IMG/VR virus record: IMGVR_UViG_3300025392_000232
Span: 1-64,000 of that record
Direction: 5' to 3' (one strand)
DNA length: 64,000 nt
Origin: a virus
Lineage: Duplodnaviria > Caudoviricetes
Shown: piece by piece, positions 19,365-28,896 of the stretch
Position numbering within the stretch: position 1 is the first letter of the stretch
How the letters are laid out: every line of letters starts with the position of its first letter
Notes under the pieces: generated by a model
The model's input: only the letters and a program-made list of their open reading frames with translations
Told to the model about the DNA's origin: nothing
Database searches by the model: none
Position numbers and translations under genes: made by a program

Positions 19365-19801
19365 TATTTTAAACTAGCCCTTAACATCCAACTGTGTTTT
19401 TTATGTGCATCTTGACGATCGGCTAAGAAGTTACTTAATCCATGATCGCCGTTTTGTTCAGCCATGGAAAATGTAATTTTAAAAATTTCTGCCATTCTTT
19501 CACTGTCTGTTAATAATTCTTTCAGCATGTCGCTCCATTCTGGCACACGATTTTCATCTTGCACAGTAGTCAGCATACTGAATTTTTGTAAACTTGCTGG
19601 AGTATATACTTGTAGAGCACGAAGGTGTTCAGCAAATGTATCAATGCTACCATATACTTCTGTATAAATTCTTTCAAACAATTCATGTAACTGTCCAAAT
19701 AATGGACCTTCAACATTCCAATGGAAATTATGTGCCTTTAGATAAAAACTAAATTCACTAGCAAACGCTGTTTTAAGTGCTAAATGATATTTCTCGTCCA
19801 T
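19364..19801 (-). CDS. dps: Dps ferritin-like DNA-protection protein
   Basis: KAHNFHWNVEG.LF..LHELFE, D..AE, H.K..WML. Confidence 0.93.
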   Translation of the reverse strand: MDEKYHLALKTAFASEFSFYLKAHNFHWNVEGPLFGQLHELFERIYTEVYGSIDTFAEHLRALQVYTPASLQKFSMLTTVQDENRVPEWSDMLKELLTDSERMAEIFKITFSMAEQNGDHGLSNFLADRQDAHKKHSWMLRASLK

Positions 19802-19802
19802 G

Positions 19803-20273
19803 TTAAATTCCGTATTGATTTCGTTTAATCTTAGCTACTGGGCTAACTTTATTATTTTGTAAGGGTTCTTCGCTACCATGCGTACTGAGTTTTTCTGCTT
19901 TAAGACCTTGACGTTTGATATGTGTGTTTATAGTCGCATGTTCTTGCTCACTAAATGGTAATATCATACCAGTTTGGCCAAGCGCATCTACTCCAGGAAT
20001 ATTACGTTCACCGCCGGCAATGGCCATGCCTAATCTATATAAGTCGTAGGGATTTTCGTTAGGAATACCTATTGCACCTCGCATTACTAATTCGGCTTCT
20101 GGATTTAATTTATCTCTATGGCTACCGTATTCGTTAGCATCTTGTGTTCGGCTATGTGTATTATGAGCTTCTAATGGATCGTTAGGCACCCCAAACTTGC
20201 CGTGAGTAAAATGTTTAGCTTTATAAATTACAGCCTTACCGCCTTGTTCGGATAAAAATTCTTTAGCTCTCAT
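19803..20273 (-). CDS. Hypothetical protein, paralog family (YRxGMA...NxYGI)
   Basis: MRAKEFLSE leader; C-terminal VSPVAKIKRNQYGI. Confidence 0.7.
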   Translation of the reverse strand: MRAKEFLSEQGGKAVIYKAKHFTHGKFGVPNDPLEAHNTHSRTQDANEYGSHRDKLNPEAELVMRGAIGIPNENPYDLYRLGMAIAGGERNIPGVDALGQTGMILPFSEQEHATINTHIKRQGLKAEKLSTHGSEEPLQNNKVSPVAKIKRNQYGI

Positions 20274-20274
20274 A

Positions 20275-20649
20275 TTAGATACCGTACTTATTACGTTTAG
20301 GTTTATTTACCGGACTCACTGTGCTTGTGTCTTTAGGTTCTCTACTTGGAGTATGCGGCCGAACTTGGTCATATTCTGTAGGTATAACTTTTTTAACTTG
20401 ATTGATCATTTTATGTTCTATATCAGTAAATGGATGCAAAGTCCAAAACGGTCCCATCCAGCTTTCGTGATCTATGTCCAATTTGTTGTTGCCACCGTTA
20501 GCCATAGCTAATGCCATACCTGTACGGTACTGATGATAACTTGGATAGTAACCACCAGGATCTCGCTGTCGACTAAACCCTTGATGCACACTATCATGAT
20601 GTGGATGCGGTCGTCCAGTACGTTCAACGATAAATTCTTTTGCTCTCAT
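20275..20649 (-). CDS. Hypothetical protein, paralog family (YRxGMA...NxYGI)
   Basis: MRAKEFIVE leader; C-terminal VSPVNKPKRNKYGI. Confidence 0.7.
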   Translation of the reverse strand: MRAKEFIVERTGRPHPHHDSVHQGFSRQRDPGGYYPSYHQYRTGMALAMANGGNNKLDIDHESWMGPFWTLHPFTDIEHKMINQVKKVIPTEYDQVRPHTPSREPKDTSTVSPVNKPKRNKYGI

Positions 20650-22061
20650 TATATACCGTACTTATTTTTCTTTCTTGTAGCTACCGGGCTGACAATATTT
20701 CCGCCTTCTGCTTCGTTACTATCACCGTCTGTAAGATGTGTAATAGCACCAGCACCAATAGATTTAGCCGCATCTTTTACTTTTTGCATGTCTGCATCTG
20801 TATAAGCAGTAATTAACGGATCACCACTCATAGCACCTGCACGGGGCATATTAGGATTAGCCATTGCCATACCAAACCGATATTGCATATACGGACTACC
20901 GTTAGCTTTATTCATGCTAATATTAGGAATACTCATAGCATTTTTAAGTGCTTGAATATGCACGTGATGTAATTTTTCGGAACCCTTACCAGCATAAGGA
21001 ACATCGCCTTCTGCTAGATTTTTACGCATAAATTCTTGTGCTCTCATTTCTCTTAGTACCTTGTTAGCTTCTTTAATTAAGTTAAAGGCTTTTAAATTCT
21101 TTTTTGGTGTACTACTATTTACGTCTACTGTAGAATTCTGTTTTGTAATAATACCCACGCCTGCGGCGTCTTCTGCTGTGGCTTTTTCCTTCTTAGCACG
21201 TTTAACTTTTTCAGGGTGCTGTCCCAATGCTTCTGCTACAGTTTGAAAATATGTCTTACCTTGTACTGTTAGTTTAGGGTCAACTCCGGCTAATCTGTAA
21301 AATGTTTCTTCATCACCAGCTCTTGCGGCATTGCGTAGTTCTGTAGCACTAGTTACACGGGGACTTTCAACGTGGATAATTTTAGCAAAATTGTAATAAC
21401 CATGATTGCCTTCTTTACCGTTGTAATCATTCAATAGCTTTCCACTCCAGGCCCAGTCAGTATGATCTGTAACATAAGCAATGGTAGCGCCTTCGCCCAC
21501 TTTTTGGAATATTTTAGCCGCAAGTGTAACAACACTTTGCTCTCCAACAATATGACCTTTTACATGAGGATCAATAGCTGTCATCCAAGCAGATTTAACT
21601 GCAAACGGTAAAGGATCATTTGGACCAATAGTAGAAGGATTAGTACCTATGTACCAGTGTTGTCCAGCGTGAGCTACTGCTTCCCATACTCGAGCATGAC
21701 CCTGATGTGCAGGATTAAAACGACCAAAACAAAATGCCGCAGTTGCTTTGTGTTTGTTTTCAAATAATTTACTTCCCCCTAACAAGGGTCCTTTACCGAG
21801 ACTGGTTTTAGAAAGTTTATCTAAAGCGGCTTGTTCTTCTCTGTCTAAATCCGCCATTTGATCATTGTAACTTTTGCTTGCCGGTGTAGTATAAGTTTTC
21901 TTTCTATTAGCGGTTGCCTGGGCTTGTATTTGAGCAGTATCTTTATCCATTGCCGCAAGTTGTTGGTCAATTTTACTATTTGCAGACCCAGGCCCGGCTG
22001 GTAACTTTGATGGTATGATATTACCAAATTCTAATTCATTAAGCAGTTGTCTTAATCTCAT
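20649..22061 (-). CDS. Cytidylyltransferase-like (HxGH) protein fused to a YRxGMA paralog domain
   Basis: FGRFNPAHQGH, NDPLPF..K, SATELR; C-terminal VSPVATRKKNKYGI. Confidence 0.8.
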   Translation of the reverse strand: MRLRQLLNELEFGNIIPSKLPAGPGSANSKIDQQLAAMDKDTAQIQAQATANRKKTYTTPASKSYNDQMADLDREEQAALDKLSKTSLGKGPLLGGSKLFENKHKATAAFCFGRFNPAHQGHARVWEAVAHAGQHWYIGTNPSTIGPNDPLPFAVKSAWMTAIDPHVKGHIVGEQSVVTLAAKIFQKVGEGATIAYVTDHTDWAWSGKLLNDYNGKEGNHGYYNFAKIIHVESPRVTSATELRNAARAGDEETFYRLAGVDPKLTVQGKTYFQTVAEALGQHPEKVKRAKKEKATAEDAAGVGIITKQNSTVDVNSSTPKKNLKAFNLIKEANKVLREMRAQEFMRKNLAEGDVPYAGKGSEKLHHVHIQALKNAMSIPNISMNKANGSPYMQYRFGMAMANPNMPRAGAMSGDPLITAYTDADMQKVKDAAKSIGAGAITHLTDGDSNEAEGGNIVSPVATRKKNKYGI

Positions 22062-23275
22062 TGTGGAGCTCCTATAGGCTTCTTACCAGGAGCCCAGCTA
22101 GTTGGAACAATTTTAATGTTTCCATATTTGTGCTGTGGTTGTGCATAACGCACATGTCCTTCACCGTGTGTATCCCATATTTCTTTACGTGGTTGCTGTT
22201 TAATTGCCGCATCCACAGTATCCTTCATATTGCGTATACCTTTGATTAGATAGAATATAGCGTCTAGTCCACCAGGATGTGCTTGTATCATATCAATGAT
22301 GTGTTGTATCTTTTTAGGACTTTTGCCTTTCTTTTGCATCCATTCGATAAACGTATGACCGGAGATTGTACCAAAGTCTTGTTCAGCGTTAGCATGTTTA
22401 TTACTCATGTCATTAAAGAACGGATAGAAAATTCCATTCTTATCAGGGTCGGGTAAACTGTTAAGGAAATTATCAATTGCGCCGCCGTGTGTATTAACAT
22501 ATTTGATCATAGCATCAACAGCAGACGTGTCTATGTCAGGTGCTGACTCTGTATAGATTGGACCCTGTACAATAAGTCCCGGAGTTTGATTAAACTCGTC
22601 AAAGTTATCTTTAGGAACTTGTTCCCTGTCACCAGCACCGAATGAAGGAAACTCCGCATGACCTACTACCATAACTTTTGATTGTGCAATACGCTGGCCT
22701 AATTCACTGGCGGCATCTACATGATAGCAAGTATTTGATAATGGATTAGGACAGAATGTCCACACGCCGTTAGCAAGTTTTTTGTTTAGTCCTGGATCGA
22801 CACCGTATAGTGCATCCGCATAAACAAATCCTACAAAGTTTTTAGGAGTAGCGGCATCAAATAATGGATACAGGTTTGCAAAATTTTGTGCAAAGTTATT
22901 GCGTTTTTCTTGTTCTTCAGGACTCTTAACATTGCCACTTTGGTTAGCAATGAAATCGTAAACACCTTCAGGGCTGTCTGACTTTACACCTCGGCTCCAT
23001 TGATTGTGTCCAGCTAGTATAAGTGGACCGTTTTTCTTTTCACGTCCCCAGTATACTTGTGGGTTACCATCCCACTTTTTTCTTACGGTAGTGTTGCCTG
23101 TTTTTTCACCAGCCATTTCTTTAAAATGATTAAGAGCTTCTAATGTTCCGCTAGCACCTTTAAAAAATACTAAATGTTCAGGATGATTAAACGGGCGGCC
23201 GTATTTGGCCATACTGTCATCTTCAACAGCTGGGTTTGCTTTAGCCTCAAAAAGAAATAATTCTCTAAGTAACAC
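22058..23275 (-). CDS. DUF6267-like protein with ligase-type KWDG motif
   Basis: NHPEHLVF, KWDGNP, F.PN...Y, GEG.V. Confidence 0.7.
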   Translation of the reverse strand: MLLRELFLFEAKANPAVEDDSMAKYGRPFNHPEHLVFFKGASGTLEALNHFKEMAGEKTGNTTVRKKWDGNPQVYWGREKKNGPLILAGHNQWSRGVKSDSPEGVYDFIANQSGNVKSPEEQEKRNNFAQNFANLYPLFDAATPKNFVGFVYADALYGVDPGLNKKLANGVWTFCPNPLSNTCYHVDAASELGQRIAQSKVMVVGHAEFPSFGAGDREQVPKDNFDEFNQTPGLIVQGPIYTESAPDIDTSAVDAMIKYVNTHGGAIDNFLNSLPDPDKNGIFYPFFNDMSNKHANAEQDFGTISGHTFIEWMQKKGKSPKKIQHIIDMIQAHPGGLDAIFYLIKGIRNMKDTVDAAIKQQPRKEIWDTHGEGHVRYAQPQHKYGNIKIVPTSWAPGKKPIGAPQ

Positions 23276-23277
23276 TA

Positions 23278-23649
23278 TTAGTCCTTGTAAACACCATCTT
23301 CGATGTGCTTGAGAATATCTTCTTTTAATTTTTTACAAATATCTTCGCATGTTTGCTCATCGAGATGATTTGGTAATTCTCTTATAGGAAACTTTTTTAG
23401 GTATGTTTTATAGGATTCTTCTACTGCTGTTTTAAAAATATCTGATTTAGGAGTTTTCTTAGCATTGATACCTTCTACACATTTCATAATGTTGGGATAT
23501 AAATGGCGACGATAAGCATGATCATCGTTATGCATAAAGTGTATTAAATCGTCTGCTAAATCAAAGTCAATTTCGCGTTTTTCAGCAGTATGCTTGATGA
23601 ACGGCGTATCATCAAAGTTGCTGTTTTCTAATAGTTCTCGTATGCGCAT
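23278..23649 (-). CDS. Hypothetical protein
   Basis: MRIRELLE leader; DDL..FMHNDD..YRR. Confidence 0.7.
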   Translation of the reverse strand: MRIRELLENSNFDDTPFIKHTAEKREIDFDLADDLIHFMHNDDHAYRRHLYPNIMKCVEGINAKKTPKSDIFKTAVEESYKTYLKKFPIRELPNHLDEQTCEDICKKLKEDILKHIEDGVYKD

Positions 23650-23718
23650 TTTTAAGCCCGTTTTAATTGATCAGCAGAATACTCTGCGGTTAGAGTATTT
23701 ATCGCTTTTGTAACGAGT

Positions 23719-24348
23719 TTATTTTTTAACAATACGCTCTATTTTGCTAATACACCCGCCGAGATGCATCTTAGCCATGAGTAAGTTATTATCGCCTGTA
23801 ATATAAAAGTGTGTGCCGCCCCAGCTACGGGTCTTTGACAAGTCTCTAATGCAACTTTTTGTTAGTTTAACTTTAGCATTTGTTTCAGCCCAAGATACAA
23901 ACGCTGAACATTCATTATTGGTTTTACCTAAGGTTATTCTAAAATCAAAGTCCATCTTAGGCATAATAATTGTATCTTCAGACAATGCGCTGTTAGCTGG
24001 CGGAATAGATACGTATTTTACACGATCTTTATCTAAATTTATTAATTTGTCTACGTTTTTCTTATTGCTTGTATATACACTGATCCACGGAGTTTCTACA
24101 CGAATATCAATATCTGACATTGAGGAAAATGCAGTTTGTAATTTAAATGCATAATCTAAGTCTTCTTGATTCTTTATCATAGCATGTTTGTAAGAGTGCG
24201 CAGACGGTTTAGATAAATCTATTTTGTTTAGATTATCTAATAAAGCAGTCATATCGCCGTGTCTAAATAAACCTGCGCCAGGTACTACCAGTACAATCTT
24301 ATACTGGTAGATTCCCCTGAATAATTTTCTAGTAGTCTTAAATTCCAT
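23719..24348 (-). CDS. Hypothetical protein
   Basis: 209-aa ORF overlapping the clpA stop. Confidence 0.7.
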   Translation of the reverse strand: MEFKTTRKLFRGIYQYKIVLVVPGAGLFRHGDMTALLDNLNKIDLSKPSAHSYKHAMIKNQEDLDYAFKLQTAFSSMSDIDIRVETPWISVYTSNKKNVDKLINLDKDRVKYVSIPPANSALSEDTIIMPKMDFDFRITLGKTNNECSAFVSWAETNAKVKLTKSCIRDLSKTRSWGGTHFYITGDNNLLMAKMHLGGCISKIERIVKK

Positions 24349-26617
24349 CTGGTAATGTAACTAAACTAGGATTTGCATCTACACTTAACAATGGAACTTT
24401 TGGTTCTTTAGGTGTAGATAGCAGTACTAACTTATCTTCGTTTACTGTAATACTCAGCAAGCCGCCAGATTTCAAATCTCCAAACAACATTAACTTAGCT
24501 AACGGACGCTTGATTTCCTTGTCAATTACACGCTGTAATGGACGAGCACCCATCTTAAGATCAAAACCTTTAGCAATAAGCCAGTTAGTACTTTCCTTAT
24601 CTAGTTTGATCTTAATGCCTTTTTCTTTAACTTGAGCACGTAGTTCGTCCATAAACTTAGTAATAATCTTGGTCATTGTTTCTTTACCAAGTTTATTAAA
24701 AGTCATAATGCCGTCTAAACGATTGCGGAATTCAGGAGTAAAGAACTTCTTTAAATCCTTATCACTGTAATCTTTATCTTGTGTACCAAAGCCAATAACG
24801 TTCTTTTCAGCATCGGCAGCACCAGCATTAGTTGTAAGAATCAAGATTAAATTGCGACAATCTGCACGTTTACCGTTTGAACCAGTAACAAATCCGTTAT
24901 CCATCATTTGTAACAATACAGTTGTAACATCTGGATGTGACTTTTCTACTTCATCGAACAACAAAACAGCATTTGGATTTTCTTGAATTTGTGTAATCAA
25001 CAATCCGGCATTCTCTTCGAATCCTACATAACCCGGAGGGCTACCAATTAGCTTAGAGATGCTATGCTTCTCTTGGTACTCTGACATGTCAAAGCGTAGT
25101 AGTTTGACACCCAAGTGCTTGGCCAGCGACTTGGCAGTTTCGGTCTTACCGCAACCAGTTGGCCCCATAAACACAAACGATCCAATAGGCTTGTTTTCGC
25201 TTTTTAATCCAGCTTGTGCAACCATAATCTTATCTACTACTTCTGTAATAGCAAGGTCTTGGCCGTAAACTTCTTTTTCAAGTTTACCTTGTAATGTACT
25301 TAGGTTGGCACTTTCTGTTTCTGCAACCTGTTCTTCAGGTAAGTTTACTAACTTACTAAGTTCAAATTGTACTTCACGTTCGCCGATAGTGCGATCTTCG
25401 GATAATTTCAAGTTGAATCGTGAACAAGCCAAATCAATTAAATCAATTGCTTTATCTGGTAATTTCTTATCCGACTGATACTTAACTGATAACTTAATAG
25501 AAGCATCAATTGCATCATCTCGAATCTTAACATTATGGAATCCTTCGTAATATTTCTTAATACCTTTAAGGATTTGCTTGGTCATCTCAATAGTAGGCTC
25601 GTCAACAGTGATGCGTTGGAAGCGACGCATTAAAGCACGATCTTTCTCAAAGTGCTTGCGGTATTCTTCCCAAGTAGTTGATGCAACTACCTTAATGTTT
25701 CCTTTGCTTAGAGCAGGTTTCATCATGTTGGCGAGATCATTTGCTGAATTGCCTGCCGAACCGGCACCGCTGATCATGTGTGCTTCGTCGATAAACAAGA
25801 CAGTTTTACCTTTCTTGCTTAGGCCTTTAAGTACTTGTTTGAATCGTTCTTCAAAGTCACCGCGGTATTTACTACCAGCAAGCATAGCCGAAATATCTAA
25901 ACTATAAACTTTATAGTCCTTAAGGAAATCTGGAACAGCACCTTTAACGATATTATAAGCAAGTCCTTCTGCTATAGCAGTCTTACCTACACCAGGATCC
26001 CCAACAAGGATTACATTGTTTTTACTACGACGACCTAGACTCAATGCAATATTTTCTAGTTCATCAATACGACCAATAACTGGGTCAATTTTATTTTTGG
26101 TTACTTGGTCATTCAAGTTAGTTGTATAAGCAGATAATGCTCTGTCACTATTTGTATCTGTAGGAGCTTCATCATCGCCTTCTTCTACAGTATTATTAAT
26201 AAAGTCGTTAAACTTATCTTTATCAATATTAGCTTTTTGTATGTAGAACTGTGCCCAACTACGCTTTTCCCCGATCATTGCCAAGAAAATATCTGTAGGT
26301 TCGATACGCTGACGACCGTTGAATAAGACCTGTGTGAACGCACGATTAAGTACACGCTCAACTGCTTGTGTCTTTTTAGGCTTGACCACTACATCAGGTA
26401 CTGTAATTTCACCGCATTTATTTTGCAAATAGTCGGTTAGATCGTTCTTCATGTCATCGGCGTTGGCTCCAAATCCTGTAACAGTACTTGCAAAGCCTTC
26501 TTCTAAGAGCATAGCAAACAATAAATGTTCTATTGTCAAATATTCGTGATGTAATTTTTTAGCAGTTTCGATTGCTCGCTCAAATACTGCTTGTAAGTTA
26601 TCACTTGGTTCTACCAT
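24338..26617 (-). CDS. clpA: ClpA AAA+ chaperone/protease subunit
   Basis: Clp N-domain HEYLTIEHLL; two Walker A motifs (GDPGVGKT, GPTGCGKT); LPDKAIDL; IGF loop. Confidence 0.95.
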   Translation of the reverse strand: MVEPSDNLQAVFERAIETAKKLHHEYLTIEHLLFAMLLEEGFASTVTGFGANADDMKNDLTDYLQNKCGEITVPDVVVKPKKTQAVERVLNRAFTQVLFNGRQRIEPTDIFLAMIGEKRSWAQFYIQKANIDKDKFNDFINNTVEEGDDEAPTDTNSDRALSAYTTNLNDQVTKNKIDPVIGRIDELENIALSLGRRSKNNVILVGDPGVGKTAIAEGLAYNIVKGAVPDFLKDYKVYSLDISAMLAGSKYRGDFEERFKQVLKGLSKKGKTVLFIDEAHMISGAGSAGNSANDLANMMKPALSKGNIKVVASTTWEEYRKHFEKDRALMRRFQRITVDEPTIEMTKQILKGIKKYYEGFHNVKIRDDAIDASIKLSVKYQSDKKLPDKAIDLIDLACSRFNLKLSEDRTIGEREVQFELSKLVNLPEEQVAETESANLSTLQGKLEKEVYGQDLAITEVVDKIMVAQAGLKSENKPIGSFVFMGPTGCGKTETAKSLAKHLGVKLLRFDMSEYQEKHSISKLIGSPPGYVGFEENAGLLITQIQENPNAVLLFDEVEKSHPDVTTVLLQMMDNGFVTGSNGKRADCRNLILILTTNAGAADAEKNVIGFGTQDKDYSDKDLKKFFTPEFRNRLDGIMTFNKLGKETMTKIITKFMDELRAQVKEKGIKIKLDKESTNWLIAKGFDLKMGARPLQRVIDKEIKRPLAKLMLFGDLKSGGLLSITVNEDKLVLLSTPKEPKVPLLSVDANPSLVTLPDGI

Positions 26618-27101
26618 TACGTTTCCTTTGTTTTTTAATTGCCATTGCTAGCTTTAGTGTGCTAATATTGTCTGTAAAACATACACCGTTCAGATGATCT
26701 AGTTCGTGTAAGAAACATCTAGCATCGATGCCTGTAAGTGATATTTTACATTCTTTTCCAGTTTTGTCAAGGTATTCGGCTTCGATTGAACGAGGACGTT
26801 TAACATTTAACCAAAGGTCTGGGAAACTTAAACAGCCTTCTTCGCCATCTTGTTGCTCTTTGCTTGAGCTTATAACTCGAGGATTGAACATGGCAAAAGG
26901 CTCGGGATGATTTTCTATTTGTATTACAAATACACGTTTAAGTAAACCAACTTGATTACCAGCAAGTCCACGTCCGCGATGTGCCTGCATGATTTCTATC
27001 ATCTCGCGTTCGATTGCTTCTGAATCAGTAGGTTGATTAAAATTCCACTCTTCAGCAGAAGATTTTAATACATTATCTGGTGCGAGTATTAATTTGAGCA
27101 T
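26601..27101 (-). CDS. def: Peptide deformylase
   Basis: GRGLAGNQ, EGCLS, HELDH. Confidence 0.95.
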   Translation of the reverse strand: MLKLILAPDNVLKSSAEEWNFNQPTDSEAIEREMIEIMQAHRGRGLAGNQVGLLKRVFVIQIENHPEPFAMFNPRVISSSKEQQDGEEGCLSFPDLWLNVKRPRSIEAEYLDKTGKECKISLTGIDARCFLHELDHLNGVCFTDNISTLKLAMAIKKQRKRNGRTK

Positions 27102-27942
27102 CTAATTCTTTTAGTTTTGCTATTAAATCTGGGTCGGTTACGGATGGTGTACGAAGATTGATTACAGTAACAAATCTTCCTTTCATGCCATTATTTACAT
27201 TAGGAAATCCTTGTCCGTGGCTAGCAAATTCTGTACCGTGCTCGATACCTGCACGTAATTCTAAATCAACTGTGCTTCCTGATATTGTTTGAATAGTTTT
27301 CCTACATCCTATCATTGCTTCAATAGGGCTAATGAAGATAGTTGTATATAAATCATCACCCTTACGACTAAATTTAGGATCTGGTTGTACCATGATAGTA
27401 ACATTAAGATTACCACGAGGCATTCCATTTATACTATCGTCTCCAAGACCTTGATAGCGTATTGTGTCACCTTGTACAACACCAGGCGGAACATTAATGA
27501 TAACATTTTGATCTCGGCCACTTGGTAGTTTGTAGTTTGCTTCTAATTGTTTGCCAGTATAACTATCTAAAAAACTAATAGTACATTGTATGTTTAAGTC
27601 TCGATTTCTACGCATAGCCTGCTGACGCATAGTACCAAATATATCTCCAAATGGATTACCTTGCGGAAAGCCCTGTCCGAACATATGACCAAAAGGATCA
27701 AATCCTTCGGTGGTAAATTGTACATGGGGTCCGTTGCCAAATCTGCGGCGATTATCGTATTCGGCTTTCTTTTGCGGGTCGCTTAAATTTTCATAAGCAA
27801 CACTAATATCCTTGAATCTGGCTTGATCACCGCCTTTATCAGGATGGTGTTTATTAGCCAAGCTTCGGTATGCTTTTTTAATTTCATCTGGGCTAGCACC
27901 TTCGCTAACACCTAGTGTTTGGTAATAATCAGTCATAGTCAT
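27073..27942 (-). CDS. dnaJ: DnaJ class II co-chaperone (no Zn finger)
   Basis: J-domain DYYQTLG...HHPDKGG, G/F region, C-terminal domain; start codon uncertain (27942 or 27936). Confidence 0.9.
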   Translation of the reverse strand: MTMTDYYQTLGVSEGASPDEIKKAYRSLANKHHPDKGGDQARFKDISVAYENLSDPQKKAEYDNRRRFGNGPHVQFTTEGFDPFGHMFGQGFPQGNPFGDIFGTMRQQAMRRNRDLNIQCTISFLDSYTGKQLEANYKLPSGRDQNVIINVPPGVVQGDTIRYQGLGDDSINGMPRGNLNVTIMVQPDPKFSRKGDDLYTTIFISPIEAMIGCRKTIQTISGSTVDLELRAGIEHGTEFASHGQGFPNVNNGMKGRFVTVINLRTPSVTDPDLIAKLKELDAQINTRTR

Positions 27943-27987
27943 AAAAAAATCCAATTTAATATAGTAATTATACTATCTTAAACTGGA
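27943..27987 (-). terminator. Intrinsic terminator after the lysis cassette
   Basis: 17-bp imperfect stem followed by a U-run on the minus strand. Confidence 0.55.
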
Positions 27988-27995
27988 CCTGTCAA
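27967..27995 (-). promoter_or_regulatory. Consensus sigma70 promoter of dnaJ-def-clpA
   Basis: TTGACA-17-TATAAT. Confidence 0.8.
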
Positions 27996-28007
27996 GTTTT
28001 TGGTTTA

Positions 28008-28193
28008 TTACTTTTTCTTTTTAGGTACCACAGTGTCTGGTTTAGTTCCAGATACTTGAGTGCCATCGGCTTTTTTATGATGTTTAACTTCTTTTTTAAC
28101 AGCCGCCGGTTTTTTTGCTGGCTCTGCGTGTGCTACTTCAAAACATACAATGCTCCATATTACAATGTTTAATGCAATTAAAAACTTTTTCAT
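28008..28193 (-). CDS. Small secreted Lys-rich protein
   Basis: Sec signal MKKFLIAL...AHA followed by a basic tail. Confidence 0.6.
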   Translation of the reverse strand: MKKFLIALNIVIWSIVCFEVAHAEPAKKPAAVKKEVKHHKKADGTQVSGTKPDTVVPKKKK

Positions 28194-28203
28194 AATATTT
28201 TCC

Positions 28204-28866
28204 TTATAGTGCTGGTTGATCGAAAGTTGGAATAACTTTCTTGCCGCTTGCGTTTACTGCTGGTGTTGATGATACTGGAGTTGGACTGACTGCTGTTGAA
28301 GGTGAGCTTCCAAACCCGCCTCCGCCAAAACCACCTGTTGTGGGTGCTGGCGTTGAACCAAAACCACCGGTGGATGAACCGAATCCTCCTGCCGCAGGTG
28401 CGCCAAATGTTGAGCCGCCGCCCATTGATGAACCGAATCCGCCATTACTTGCTCCTCCAAAGCCGCCGGTACTTCCGCCAAAGCCGCCGGTACTTCCGCC
28501 AAAGCCTCCACCCATGCCGCCTTGCATACCACCCATTCCTCCTGTTGGAACGCCTGACATATTAGTATTATTTGTCATAGTTTGACTAGTTGATGTTGGA
28601 TTTGCGGCTGTACCTGCTAGTTTTTCTTGTGTACGACCAAATGCCGCAATACCTAATACAGCACCCATCGCAATGTGAAATAACCCAGCACCTTGTAAAC
28701 TTAGTGGATTCCACTGAGTAATAGGCACATGATTAACACCTTGCCATAGTGCCCATAATACTGGGAATACAATCATATCGCAAAAACACACCAACATGTA
28801 CATCCAGCCCATAGCTGGGCGCCATAGTTTTTGCATCCATTCTGCGTTGTCTTTTTCTTTTGCCAT
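28204..28866 (-). CDS. Holin (GTA 3TM-like) with long Gly/Phe-rich tail
   Basis: WRPAMGWMY...GAVLGIAAFGRTQEK; located in the lysis cassette. Confidence 0.8.
   Translation of the reverse strand: MAKEKDNAEWMQKLWRPAMGWMYMLVCFCDMIVFPVLWALWQGVNHVPITQWNPLSLQGAGLFHIAMGAVLGIAAFGRTQEKLAGTAANPTSTSQTMTNNTNMSGVPTGGMGGMQGGMGGGFGGSTGGFGGSTGGFGGASNGGFGSSMGGGSTFGAPAAGGFGSSTGGFGSTPAPTTGGFGGGGFGSSPSTAVSPTPVSSTPAVNASGKKVIPTFDQPAL
28457..28506. repeat. 21-bp tandem repeat (about 2.4 copies) encoding GGFGGST
   Basis: ccaaagccgccggtacttccg x2 plus ccaaagcc. Confidence 0.85.
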
Positions 28867-28896
28867 AGTTCGCTCCTTTTGGCTTAATAGTAGTAT

